A stretch of DNA of 64,000 nucleotides from an uncultured Armatimonadetes bacterium (GTDB lineage Bacteria > Armatimonadota > Hebobacteria > Hebobacterales > Hebobacteraceae): assembly GCA_963716175.1 (NCBI GenBank), contig OY970296.1, forward strand, positions 1,568,001 through 1,632,000, written 5' to 3'. Of this stretch, positions 20,826 through 30,036 are shown in pieces; position 1 is the stretch's first letter; each line of letters opens with the position of its first letter. Both the position numbers and the translations under genes were made by a program. The notes under the pieces were generated by a model. It was not told where the DNA came from. It saw only the letters and a list, made by a program, of their open reading frames with translations, and did not search any database.

Positions 20826-21710
20826 ATGAAGAGAGGGAAGGGTCAACCGGATATAGAGGGGCTGGGGCAGAGAGCGGCGGTGCTGATCGAGGCGCTGCCG
20901 TATCTGCGGGCGTTCCGCGGGGAGACGGTGGTGATCAAGTATGGGGGCGCGGCGATGGTGGAAGCGGAGCTGCGCGGGCAGGTGCTGAAGGACATCGTGC
21001 TGCTGGAGCACGTGGGACTGCATCCGGTGGTGGTGCACGGCGGGGGGCCGGAGATCACCGAGATGATGCGGCGGTTGGGCAAGGAGCCCGAATTCGTGGA
21101 GGGGCTGCGGGTGAGTGATGAGGAGACGGTGGGGATCGCGCAGATGGTGCTGACGGGCAAGACCAACCCCGACCTGGTGGCCGCCATCGCGCAGCAGGGG
21201 GGCCGCGCCATCGGCTTGAGCGGCAAGGACGGCGGAATGGTGGTGGCGCGCAAGCTGGCCGGGCCGCAGGATCTGGGAATGGTGGGGGAGGTGGCGGAGG
21301 TGAGGCCAGAGCTGGTGAAGAGGTTGGTGGCGCAAGGCCTGATACCGGTGATCGCGCCGATTGCGGCCGGGGCGGGGGGCGAGACCTTCAATATCAACGC
21401 GGATCACTTCGCGGGGAAGTTTGCGGGCGCGCTGGGGGCAGGCAAGCTGATGCTGCTGACAGACGTGCGCGGGGTGCTGCGGGATCGGTCCGACCCGGAG
21501 AGCCTGATCTCGGAGCTGGCGGCGGAACGGGGCAAGGAGATGATCGCCGCGGGGGAGATCGAGTCCGGGATGATCCCGAAAGTGGAGGCCTGCCTGGAGG
21601 CGCTGGCGGCGGGCGTGGAGCGGTGCCATATCATTGACGGCCGGCTGCCGCACGCGCTGCTGATGGAGCTGTTCACGGATGTGGGGATCGGGACGATGGT
21701 GGTGGCCTGA
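20826..21710 (+). CDS. argB: Acetylglutamate kinase
   Basis: LIEALPY, VIKYGGAAM, VHGGGPEI, GLRV, NINAD, GMIPKV. Confidence 0.97.
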   Translation: MKRGKGQPDIEGLGQRAAVLIEALPYLRAFRGETVVIKYGGAAMVEAELRGQVLKDIVLLEHVGLHPVVVHGGGPEITEMMRRLGKEPEFVEGLRVSDEETVGIAQMVLTGKTNPDLVAAIAQQGGRAIGLSGKDGGMVVARKLAGPQDLGMVGEVAEVRPELVKRLVAQGLIPVIAPIAAGAGGETFNINADHFAGKFAGALGAGKLMLLTDVRGVLRDRSDPESLISELAAERGKEMIAAGEIESGMIPKVEACLEALAAGVERCHIIDGRLPHALLMELFTDVGIGTMVVA

Positions 21711-21797
21711 GGGAATGGGGCAGGAGCAGGTTGCCAGAGGCGACTGAAGCTCCTGCCGAACAGAGAAGGCGCGATGATGGTGGCGAGGTGAGGAGAG

Positions 21798-22052
21798 ATG
21801 CCGCTGTTCGAGTATCGGTGCAATGAGTGCGGGAGGAAGTTCACGCTGCTGGTGGGAATGACGGCGGAGAAGGCGAAGCTGCGCTGCCCGAAATGCGGGG
21901 CGACGAAGGCGACGAAGCTGATCTCGCGGATCGCGCGCACGCCCAAGGGAGATGATTTCGACGACGACCTGGGCGATCTGGGAGATGAGGGACCGGGCCT
22001 GGATGACGACACGGGCGATGACCTCGGGGACGACTTCGATGATGAGGAATGA
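21798..22052 (+). CDS. FmdB-family zinc-ribbon protein with acidic tail
   Basis: MPLFEYRCNECG...CPKCG...KLIS followed by an Asp-rich C-terminus. Confidence 0.85.
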   Translation: MPLFEYRCNECGRKFTLLVGMTAEKAKLRCPKCGATKATKLISRIARTPKGDDFDDDLGDLGDEGPGLDDDTGDDLGDDFDDEE

Positions 22053-22064
22053 GGGAGAACCGGC

Positions 22065-23267
22065 TTGAAGCTAGAGGAAGCGAAAGCACTGGAGCGCGCG
22101 CACCTGCTGAACCTCTATACGCCGATCCGGATGCCGATGGTGGTGGCGCGGGGTAAGGGGGCGCGGCTGTGGGATACGGAGGGCAAGGAGTATCTGGACT
22201 TCGTGAGCGGCGGGCGGGCGGTGACCGGGCTGGGGCACTGCCACCCGAAGGTGGTGGCGGCGATCTGCGAGCAGGCCCACACTTTGCTGCACGTCTCCAA
22301 TGACTTCTACACCGAGCCGCAGCTCCGGCTGGCGGAGCGCTTATCCAGGATGTTCGGGGGCCGCTGCTTCCTGTGCAACAGCGGCGCAGAGGCGAACGAG
22401 GCGGCGATCAAGCTGGCGCGCAAGCACGGCTTCAAGACCGCGGGGCCCGAGAAGTTCGAGATCGTGAGCGCGCTGAAGTCGTTCCATGGACGGACCCTCG
22501 CCGCGCTGGCGGCGACTGGCCAGCCCAAGTATCACCGCGGCTTTCAGCCCCTGCCAGCGGGGTTCGTGCACGTGCCCTTCAATGATGTGGCGGCGCTGCG
22601 GGGCGCGGTGTCGGCGCGCACCTGTGCGGTGCTGCTGGAGCCGATCCTGGGTGAGAGCGGGGTCTACCCGGCGACGCCGGAATACCTGGCGGCGGCGCGG
22701 GAGGTGTGCGATCAGCAGGGAGCGGTGCTGATCCTGGATGAGATCCAGACCGGGCTGGGACGCACGGGGAAGCTGTTCGCCTATCAGCATTACGATATCC
22801 AGCCGGATGTGATCACGCTGGCGAAGGCGCTGGGGGGAGGGCTGCCCATCGGGGCGATGATCGCGCGGGAGCCGGCCGCGAGCGCGTTCGAGCCGGGGGA
22901 TCACGCCTCCACGTTCGGGGGGAGCGCGTTGCCGGCGGCCGCGGCGCTGGCGGCGCTGGAGGTGATCGAGGAGGAGGGGCTGGTGGCGAATGCGGACCGC
23001 ATGGGGCAGCGGCTGGCACAGGGGCTGGAGGCGCTGCGAGCGAAGACGCGGCTGGTGAAAGAGGTGCGGGCGCGGGGGTTGATGATCGCGGTGGACCTGA
23101 CGCAGCCGAAGGCGGCCCAGGTGAAGGAAGAGTGCGCGGCGCGGGGATTGCTGGTCAACACCGTGGGTGATAATATGCTCCGCCTGCTGCCGCCAATGGT
23201 GCTGACCCTGGAGGAGGCGGACCGGGGCCTGCGATTGCTGGGGGAGGCGCTGGCGGCGCAGAGCTAG
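22065..23267 (+). CDS. argD: Acetylornithine aminotransferase
   Basis: NSGAEANEAAIKLAR, SFHGRT, DEIQTGLGRTG, TLAKALGGG. Confidence 0.95.
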   Translation: MKLEEAKALERAHLLNLYTPIRMPMVVARGKGARLWDTEGKEYLDFVSGGRAVTGLGHCHPKVVAAICEQAHTLLHVSNDFYTEPQLRLAERLSRMFGGRCFLCNSGAEANEAAIKLARKHGFKTAGPEKFEIVSALKSFHGRTLAALAATGQPKYHRGFQPLPAGFVHVPFNDVAALRGAVSARTCAVLLEPILGESGVYPATPEYLAAAREVCDQQGAVLILDEIQTGLGRTGKLFAYQHYDIQPDVITLAKALGGGLPIGAMIAREPAASAFEPGDHASTFGGSALPAAAALAALEVIEEEGLVANADRMGQRLAQGLEALRAKTRLVKEVRARGLMIAVDLTQPKAAQVKEECAARGLLVNTVGDNMLRLLPPMVLTLEEADRGLRLLGEALAAQS

Positions 23268-23276
23268 GCGAGCGCG

Positions 23277-23630
23277 GTGGACGCGGCCTTCCTGATCGTG
23301 GTCGGGATCAACCTCTGTTTCCTGAGCGGACTGATCATCTACCGGATGCGGACCCTGGGGGCGACGGTCAGGCGGACGGCGGGGCCAGTGATTGAGTTGT
23401 GGGTGGCATTCGCGCTCTGGATCGGGGTTTTCCGCGCCCTCTCGGCCCGGATTGGGGCTCCCGGCAGCGAGGGTGCGGTGGGCGAGCTCGGGCAACTGGG
23501 GCATCGCCTCCTGGACTTGCCGACCTTCACCCGGGGATGGGTGCTGGGCGGGGTTGGGATCGCGATGGGGCTGCTGGTGCATTTGCTGTGGACGTTGAGC
23601 CGGGTGATGCGCGGAGGGGCCGAGGGATAG
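23277..23630 (+). CDS. Hypothetical membrane protein (about 3 TM segments)
   Basis: Three hydrophobic stretches; sits within the operon between argD and argF. Confidence 0.7.
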   Translation: MDAAFLIVVGINLCFLSGLIIYRMRTLGATVRRTAGPVIELWVAFALWIGVFRALSARIGAPGSEGAVGELGQLGHRLLDLPTFTRGWVLGGVGIAMGLLVHLLWTLSRVMRGGAEG

Positions 23631-23715
23631 AAGGGGCGGCGGGCATGCAGAGATGGCTAGGTCGCCAGAGGCGACCGCCATGGCGGCCCAAGCCTAGCCA
23701 CATGCCCGCCCTACA
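23631..23715. mobile_element. REP-like (family B) insert followed by a 22-bp copy of upstream sequence
   Basis: GGCGGGCATG...CATGCCCGCC palindrome ending CTACA; GGACGTTGAGCCGGGTGATGCG at 23590-23611 and 23716-23737. Confidence 0.7.
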
Positions 23716-23764
23716 GGACGTTGAGCCGGGTGATGCGGGGGGAAGCCTGATCAGGGGGGAGAGA

Positions 23765-24703
23765 ATGGCGCTGTCACTCAAGGGGAGAAGTCTGCTGTCC
23801 ATCGCCGATCTCACGCGGGAGGAGATCGAGGAGATGCTGCGCCTGGCGGCGGCGCAGAAGGCGGGCCAGGTTCCGGCGGAGGCGCTGTGGTCAGTGGCGC
23901 GGGGCCGGAATCTAGCGATCCTGTTCGATAAGTCATCGCTGCGGACGCGGGTGGGCTTCGAGGTGGCGATGAGCCAGCTTGGGGGGCACAGCGTCTACCT
24001 GGCGCCGGCGGATGTGCGGCTCGGGGACCGGGAGCCGGTGCGGGATGTGGCGCGGGTGTTGGGCCGGATGGTAGATGCGATTGCGGCCCGTCTCTCCGCG
24101 CACGAGCACGTGCAAGAGCTGGCCCGGTTCTCCGGGGTGCCGGTGATCAATGCCATGTCTCACCTGGAGCACCCCTGCCAGGCGCTGGCCGATCTGCTCA
24201 CCATCAAGGAGCGCAAGGGCGAGGTGCGGGGGGTGGAGCTGGCCTGGGTGGGAGATGGCAATAACGTCTGCCACTCTCTGCTGCTGATCGGGGCGATGTT
24301 CGGCCTGCGGATGCGGATCGCCACGCCGGCCGCCTATGAGCCGCGGCCGGCGATAGTGGCGAAGGCGGAGGAACTTGCGAGGGCGAGCGGGGCGAGCATC
24401 AGCATCGGCAATAACCCGGCGGCCGCGGTGAAGGGGGCAGATGTGGTCTCCACCGATGTGTGGGTGAGCGCGGGGATGGAGGAGCACGCCACGCGCCGGC
24501 GAGTGGATTTCCGCGAGTTCCAGGTGAACGAGGAGCTGGTGAGGCAGGCGAAGCCGGAGGCGTTTGTGCTGCACTGCCTGCCGGCTCACCGGGGGGAGGA
24601 GATCGCGGACGAGGTGATAGAAGGGCCGCAGTTCGCGGGCTTCGAGCAGGCGGAGAATCGGCTGCACACGCAGCGCGCGCTGTTGAGCTTGGTGTTTGCG
24701 TGA
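23765..24703 (+). CDS. argF: Ornithine carbamoyltransferase
   Basis: SLRTR, HPCQALAD, GDGNNV, TDVWVS, HCLPAHRG, QAENR. Confidence 0.95.
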   Translation: MALSLKGRSLLSIADLTREEIEEMLRLAAAQKAGQVPAEALWSVARGRNLAILFDKSSLRTRVGFEVAMSQLGGHSVYLAPADVRLGDREPVRDVARVLGRMVDAIAARLSAHEHVQELARFSGVPVINAMSHLEHPCQALADLLTIKERKGEVRGVELAWVGDGNNVCHSLLLIGAMFGLRMRIATPAAYEPRPAIVAKAEELARASGASISIGNNPAAAVKGADVVSTDVWVSAGMEEHATRRRVDFREFQVNEELVRQAKPEAFVLHCLPAHRGEEIADEVIEGPQFAGFEQAENRLHTQRALLSLVFA

Positions 24704-24707
24704 ACCT

Positions 24708-24868
24708 GGGGCAGGTCGCGGACCTGCCCTACCGGGGGTTTCTGTAGGGCGGCTAGGCGGCCGAGGAGCATAGGCGAAGCGGCCGCCTAGCCGCCGCTGG
24801 ATGAACGGAAACGGCCGGCGGCTATGCCTCCGCCCGCTAGTGGTGGGCGTCGGCATGGCCGCCCTACA
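24708..24868. repeat. Cluster of GTAG-type REPs: GGGCAGGTCGCGGACCTGCCCTAC plus REPIN-like TGTAGGGCGGC...GCCGCCCTACA
   Basis: Inverted termini TGTAGGGCGGC/GCCGCCCTACA; right arm matches the right arm of the 10731-10832 insert apart from a 20-nt loop insert; first unit recurs near 37043 and 63818. Confidence 0.75.
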
Positions 24869-24886
24869 AGGTGGAAGGAGGATCAG

Positions 24887-26089
24887 GTGGCCAAGGTGGT
24901 GCTGGCTTATTCGGGAGGGCTGGATACCTCGGTGGCGATCCGCTGGATCAAGGAGCACTACGGCCTGGAGGTGTATGCCGTGGCGGTTGATCTGGGGGAG
25001 GAGCGCGACTACGCGGGGATCAGGGAGAAGGCGCTGAAGATCGGGGCGATCGGGTCGGAGGTGGTGGAGGCCAAGGAGGAGTTCGCCCGCGACTTCATCG
25101 TCCCGGCCCTGAAGGCGAACGCGGTCTACGAGGACCGGTATCCGCTCTCGACCGCGCTGGGCCGGCCACTGATCGCGAAGGCGGTGGGCGAGGTGGCGGT
25201 GCGCGAGGGCGCGGAGGCGGTGGCTCACGGGGCCACGGGGAAGGGCAATGACCAGGTTCGGTTCGAGGTCACCTGGGCCTGCCTGTTCCCGCAGCTCAAG
25301 TGCCTGGCCCCGATCCGGGAGTGGGCGATGAGCCGGGAGCAGGAGATTGACTATGCCAAGCAGCACGGCATTCCGGTCCCGGTGGAGAAGAAGTCGCCCT
25401 ACAGCTATGACACCAACCTCTGGGGCAAGAGCGCGGAGGCGGGACCGCTGGAGGACCCCTGGGTGGAGCCGCCGGCCGATGTGCACCAGTGGACCAAGGA
25501 CCCGGAGGCGGCGCCCGACCGGCCGGCCTATGTGGAGATCGGGTTCGAGCAGGGGGCGCCGGTCAGCCTGGATGGCAAGAAGCTGACACCGGCGGTCTTG
25601 ATCGCGCGGCTGAACGCGCTGGCGGGCGAGCACGGGGTGGGCCGGATTGACATGATGGAGAATCGGCTGGTAGGGATCAAGTCGCGGGAGACGTATGAGT
25701 GTCCCGCGGCGGCGGTGCTGCTGGCGGCGCACCGCGACCTGGAGAGCCTTTGCCTGGAGAGGGAGCTGGCGCACTACAAGCGGGTGCTGGAGCTGAAGTA
25801 CGCGGAGCTGGTCTACTACGGCCTCTGGTACAGCCCGCTGCGCCGGGCGCTGGATGCCTTCATGGAGAGCACGCAGGAGACAGTGACCGGAACGGTGCGG
25901 ATGAAGCTGCACAAGGGCAACTGCATGGCGGCGGGCCGCAAGTCGCCCAGCTCGCTCTATCGCTACGATCTCGCCACCTACGAGAAGGGGGACCGGTTCG
26001 ATCAGCAAGCGAGCGTGGGGTTCATCCGGCTGTGGGGGCTGTCGGCCCAGATCGCGGAACAGGTGCGCCGGGAGGGGGAGAAGGGATAG
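24887..26089 (+). CDS. argG: Argininosuccinate synthase
   Basis: VLAYSGGLDTS, TALGRPLI, HGATGKGNDQVRF, ENRLVGIKSRE.YE. Confidence 0.98.
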   Translation: MAKVVLAYSGGLDTSVAIRWIKEHYGLEVYAVAVDLGEERDYAGIREKALKIGAIGSEVVEAKEEFARDFIVPALKANAVYEDRYPLSTALGRPLIAKAVGEVAVREGAEAVAHGATGKGNDQVRFEVTWACLFPQLKCLAPIREWAMSREQEIDYAKQHGIPVPVEKKSPYSYDTNLWGKSAEAGPLEDPWVEPPADVHQWTKDPEAAPDRPAYVEIGFEQGAPVSLDGKKLTPAVLIARLNALAGEHGVGRIDMMENRLVGIKSRETYECPAAAVLLAAHRDLESLCLERELAHYKRVLELKYAELVYYGLWYSPLRRALDAFMESTQETVTGTVRMKLHKGNCMAAGRKSPSSLYRYDLATYEKGDRFDQQASVGFIRLWGLSAQIAEQVRREGEKG

Positions 26090-26092
26090 GCC

Positions 26093-27466
26093 ATGCGGCT
26101 GTGGGGGGGACGTTTTGGCGAGGGCCCTGACGATCTGGCGGGCGCGTTCACCAGCTCGCTGGCCTTCGACCAGAGGCTGGCCGAGCACGACATCACGGGC
26201 AGCATCGCGCACGTGCGGATGTTGGGGCACTGTGGGGTGATCAGCGCGGACGAGGCGCGGCTGCTGGAGGCGGGCCTAGAGCAGGTGCGGGCGGCGCTGG
26301 CCAGCCGCCAGATCAAGTTCGACCCGAGCGCGGAGGACATCCACAGCGAGATCGAGCGCTTGCTAGGTCAGCAGGTAGGCGAGCTGGCGGGCAAGCTGCA
26401 TACCGCGCGCAGCCGCAACGACCAGGTGGCGCTGGACCTGCGCCTGTTCCTGCGGGACGAGATTGACCAGCTTCGGGGGCGCATCGCGGCTCTCCAGGGG
26501 ACACTGGTGGACCTGGCGGAGCAGCACCTGGACCTGGTGCTTCCCGGCTACACGCATCTGCAGCGGGCGCAGCCGGTGCTGCTGGCGCAGCACCTGATGG
26601 CCTATTTCTTCATGCTCGAGCGAGACCGGGAGCGGCTGGCCGACTGCCGCAAGCGGGTGAACCTGTGCCCTCTGGGCGCGGCCGCGCTGGCCGGGACCAG
26701 CTTCCCGATTGACCCGGGGTTCGTGGCGGAGCAACTCGGATTTGCCGGCCTCTGCCCCAACAGCATGGACGCGGTCTCGGACCGGGACTTCGCAGTGGAA
26801 TTCCTGGGAGATGCCGCCATCGCCATGGTGCATCTCTCTCAGCTCTGCGGGGAGATCGTGCTGTGGGCGAGCGCGGAGTTCGGCTTTCTGCAGCTGGATG
26901 AGGCCTGGAGCACGGGGTCGAGCATCATGCCGCAGAAGCGAAACCCGGACGCGGCGGAGCTGGTGCGGGCGAAGGCGGGCAGGGTGATGGGGCGGCTGGT
27001 GGGGACGCTGGCGGTGCTGAAGGGGCTGCCCCTCGCGTACAACCGGGACCTGCAGGAGGATAAGGAAGCGCTGTTCGAGGCGGTGGACACGCTGGGCGCG
27101 TCACTGGCGGTGACGCGCGAGATGCTGGCGAGCGCCACCTTTGACGGGAAGCGGATGCAGGAGGCGCTGGCGCGCGAGTTCATCGCCGCCACGGAGATTG
27201 CAGACTACCTGGCCAGGCAAGGGGTGCCGTTTCGCCAGGCCCACGCCATCGTGGGGCAGATCGTGAGGTATTGCGAGAAGCAGGCGATCGGGCTGGCGGA
27301 TATGTCGCGGGAGGAATGGCGGTCGTTCTCGACCGAGTTCGGGGAGGACATCGGGCAGTACATCTCGCCGGCCGGGGCGGCGGCGGCGAAGAAGTCGCCG
27401 GGGGGGACGGCGCCGGAGCGGGTGCGGGAGCAGATCGCAAGGGCAAGGCAACTGCTGAACGGCTGA
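26093..27466 (+). CDS. argH: Argininosuccinate lyase
   Basis: LWGGRF, LHTARSRNDQ, PGYTHLQRAQP, GSSIMPQKRNPD. Confidence 0.98.
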   Translation: MRLWGGRFGEGPDDLAGAFTSSLAFDQRLAEHDITGSIAHVRMLGHCGVISADEARLLEAGLEQVRAALASRQIKFDPSAEDIHSEIERLLGQQVGELAGKLHTARSRNDQVALDLRLFLRDEIDQLRGRIAALQGTLVDLAEQHLDLVLPGYTHLQRAQPVLLAQHLMAYFFMLERDRERLADCRKRVNLCPLGAAALAGTSFPIDPGFVAEQLGFAGLCPNSMDAVSDRDFAVEFLGDAAIAMVHLSQLCGEIVLWASAEFGFLQLDEAWSTGSSIMPQKRNPDAAELVRAKAGRVMGRLVGTLAVLKGLPLAYNRDLQEDKEALFEAVDTLGASLAVTREMLASATFDGKRMQEALAREFIAATEIADYLARQGVPFRQAHAIVGQIVRYCEKQAIGLADMSREEWRSFSTEFGEDIGQYISPAGAAAAKKSPGGTAPERVREQIARARQLLNG

Positions 27467-27478
27467 GTGACGGCGATC

Positions 27479-27504
27479 CGCAGATTACGCAGATTGCGCA
27501 GATA
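27479..27504. repeat. Short tandem 9-mer repeat (CGCAGATTR x3)
   Basis: CGCAGATTACGCAGATTGCGCAGAT just after argH. Confidence 0.6.
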
Positions 27505-27528
27505 GCGAACGTACGAGAAGATGCGCCG

Positions 27529-28338
27529 CTAGCCGCGGGGTATGCCGAGTTCGCGCAGAAGCTCGGCTAGATAGCGGGCGGCGTGGGGGAAGGCGACCTC
27601 GGGGTCGGGCAGTTCGGGGTGCCAGGCTTTCTCCCACTCCAGCGAGATGTATCCTGAGTATCCCAGCTGGTGCGCCTCCACGAGCAATTCGCGCAGGGGG
27701 AGGTCTCCATCGCCCAGGAGGGTGAGCGCGCCATCCGACTTGCCGTCCTTGATGTGTACATGGGAGGTGCGGGGCCCGATGAGACGGGCGGTCTGGGCTG
27801 GTGACTCGCCAAGTCGGACTGGGTGGTGGAAGTCCCAAAGCGCACCTACACCCTCCTCTCCCGCCATGGCCAGGGCCTCGGCAACCTGAGCGCCAGTGGA
27901 GAAGGCGTCATGGGTCTCCAGCAACACGCGCAGGCCGCGCTGAGCGGCGCGACGGCCCAGGCGGGAGAGCTTCTCGGCGGCGCGTTTGGTGGCCTGGGCG
28001 CGGGTCTCTCCCTCTGGGACTTCGCCGCCGAAGACGCGCAGGTAGGGCGCGCCCAGGGCCAGGGCGAGGTCAATCATCTGCTCGCCCTCGCTCACCCCGG
28101 CCTCCACGGCGGTGAGCACGACCGAGGTGTCGAGGCAGCAGATGGCGAGGTTGACGCGCTGGAAGCGGCGGCGGAACTCGCGGGGACCTCCCGGGAAGGC
28201 AGATAGCGCTTGCTTAAGGTCGAGAGTGCCCTGGAAGAAGCGCAACTCAATACCGTCGTAGCCATCTGCGCGGGCCGCGTCGAGGATCTCATCAACTCCC
28301 CAGTTCGGGCAACCGAGGGTGCTGAACGCGAGCTTCAT
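27529..28338 (-). CDS. Sugar phosphate isomerase/epimerase (xylose-isomerase-like TIM barrel)
   Basis: MKLAFSTLGCP, GYDGIELR, LLETHD, WDFHH, HVHIKD, SLEWEK. Confidence 0.9.
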   Translation of the reverse strand: MKLAFSTLGCPNWGVDEILDAARADGYDGIELRFFQGTLDLKQALSAFPGGPREFRRRFQRVNLAICCLDTSVVLTAVEAGVSEGEQMIDLALALGAPYLRVFGGEVPEGETRAQATKRAAEKLSRLGRRAAQRGLRVLLETHDAFSTGAQVAEALAMAGEEGVGALWDFHHPVRLGESPAQTARLIGPRTSHVHIKDGKSDGALTLLGDGDLPLRELLVEAHQLGYSGYISLEWEKAWHPELPDPEVAFPHAARYLAELLRELGIPRG

Positions 28339-28423
28339 GTGGTTGGGTCTCCCATGGTGGAGTGCGGTGTTCATTCGGCGTGGAGGGGGGCGCGTCCTTG
28401 CGGGGCCGCGGCAAGCTCGTGAG

Positions 28424-28469
28424 GGGCGCCCGGCCTTCGACTCCGCTCAGGGTGAACTCCGGGCTGCCC
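28424..28469. repeat. Palindrome with CCTTCGACTCCGCTCAGG core (family C)
   Basis: Related cores at 36972-36994 and 40478-40497, each inside a different GC-rich inverted repeat. Confidence 0.55.
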
Positions 28470-28516
28470 TGCCAGTCATCCCGCCGCACGTCAGGACTTG
28501 CCACAGCGTGGTCGCC

Positions 28517-28545
28517 TTGAAAACAGGTGCGGGCTGTGCTACACT
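28517..28545 (+). promoter_or_regulatory. Putative sigma70 promoter
   Basis: TTGAAA-17 nt-TACACT with extended TGn. Confidence 0.55.
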
Positions 28546-28587
28546 CGCGCCAGCTTGTCTGGAAGAGACGCGAGCAGGGGAAGAGTG

Positions 28588-30027
28588 ATGCGGGGCCGGT
28601 ATCTCTTGCTGTTGGCGATCTCACTGGTCTGTCTCTGGGCGGGGAGCCTGGGGGCGGCCCCCGACTCGCTGGACCGGGGGATCGCGGCTTTCAACCAGGG
28701 TGATTTCGCGGCCGCGATAGAGCAGTTCACCACGGCGGCCAAGGAGCAGCCGAAGGAGGCGAGCGCGCAGGCCTGGCTGGGGCTGGCGCAACTGCGCGCG
28801 AGGCGGTATGAGGAGGCGGTGGCAAGCCTGAGCAAGGCGGTGGCGCTCGACCCCAAGATGTCGGAGGCGGAGAGCAACCTGGGCAACGCCTATTGGGCGC
28901 TGGGCAAGAGCCAGCAGGCGATCGAGCACTACCAGCAGGCGATCTATCTGCAGCCGCATTACGCGGTGCCGCACTACAACCTGGGGACGATCTACCTGGC
29001 GAGCAATGCCCTGGAGCAGGCGGTGGGGGAGTTTGCAGCAGCAGTGGAGCTGGACCCCGAGAACGCGGATGCCTACAACAACCTGGGGGTTGCCTACGAG
29101 CGGAAGGGGCAGCTGCCAGAGGCGATCGGGGCCTACGAGAAGGCGGTGGCGGCAAAGCCGGACAATCAACCTTTCCGGCTGAATCTGGCCACCGCGCTGC
29201 GGGCGGCCGGGAAGAGCGATCAGGCGCTGCCTCATCTCGCGCGGCTGGCGGCGGCCGGGAGCAAGGACCCGGCGGTCTATCTGAACCTGGGGCTGATCCG
29301 CTATGAGCGCAAGGAGTACGCGCTGGCTGGGACGGCCTTCCGCCAGGCAGTGAAGCGGGACCCGCAGAATGCCACCGCCTACTACAATCTGGGGCTGTGC
29401 GCGCGGCAGGCTGGCGCCAAGGAGGAGGCCAAGGAAGCGTTCGCGAAGGTGGTGGAGCTGAACCCGGGGCAGGTGAACGCGCGCATCAACCTGGGAGCGA
29501 TGGAGCTGGATGACGGCAACGCGGACGCAGCGGTGAAGCAGTTCGCGGCCGCCTTGCAGGCGGCCCCGGACAGCTATCCCGCGGCCTTCAACCTGGGGCT
29601 GGCCTATGTCCGGCTGGGCAGCGAGAGCGATGCGATTCGGGTGTGGTCGGGCCTGGCCGAGCGCTCGCCGGAGGACCCGGCGGTGCGAGAGGCGCTGGCC
29701 TCCACTCATTTCCGGCTGCATCACTATGATGATGCGAAGCGGGAGTACGAGGCGCTGCTGAAGCTGAAGCCCAATGACGTGGTAGCGCACAGCAACCTCG
29801 GCATCATCTACGAGGAGTTCGGTCAGCTCGACCAGGCGGTGGCGGCCTATCAGGCGGCGCTGGCACTGGACCCGAAGCATGCGCCCGCGCACAACAACCT
29901 GGGCGTAGTGTATGAGCGCCAGGGCAAGCGGGAGGAGGCGATCGCGGAGTACCGCGCGGCGCTGGCGGCGGACCCGGAGTTGAAGGACGCCAAGCGCAAC
30001 CTCGACCGCCTGGTGCCCCCGGGGTGA
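28588..30027 (+). CDS. Exported tetratricopeptide repeat protein
   Basis: Signal peptide; many TPRs (AYNNLGVAY, AYYNLG, AHNNLGVVY). Confidence 0.93.
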   Translation: MRGRYLLLLAISLVCLWAGSLGAAPDSLDRGIAAFNQGDFAAAIEQFTTAAKEQPKEASAQAWLGLAQLRARRYEEAVASLSKAVALDPKMSEAESNLGNAYWALGKSQQAIEHYQQAIYLQPHYAVPHYNLGTIYLASNALEQAVGEFAAAVELDPENADAYNNLGVAYERKGQLPEAIGAYEKAVAAKPDNQPFRLNLATALRAAGKSDQALPHLARLAAAGSKDPAVYLNLGLIRYERKEYALAGTAFRQAVKRDPQNATAYYNLGLCARQAGAKEEAKEAFAKVVELNPGQVNARINLGAMELDDGNADAAVKQFAAALQAAPDSYPAAFNLGLAYVRLGSESDAIRVWSGLAERSPEDPAVREALASTHFRLHHYDDAKREYEALLKLKPNDVVAHSNLGIIYEEFGQLDQAVAAYQAALALDPKHAPAHNNLGVVYERQGKREEAIAEYRAALAADPELKDAKRNLDRLVPPG

Positions 30028-30036
30028 GCTGAGGCC

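Noticed and set aside
21798-22052. LysW amino-group carrier
   Set aside because: FmdB-type N-terminus, no EDWGE terminus, no LysX/ArgX ligase, and the acetyl-cycle ArgJ is present.
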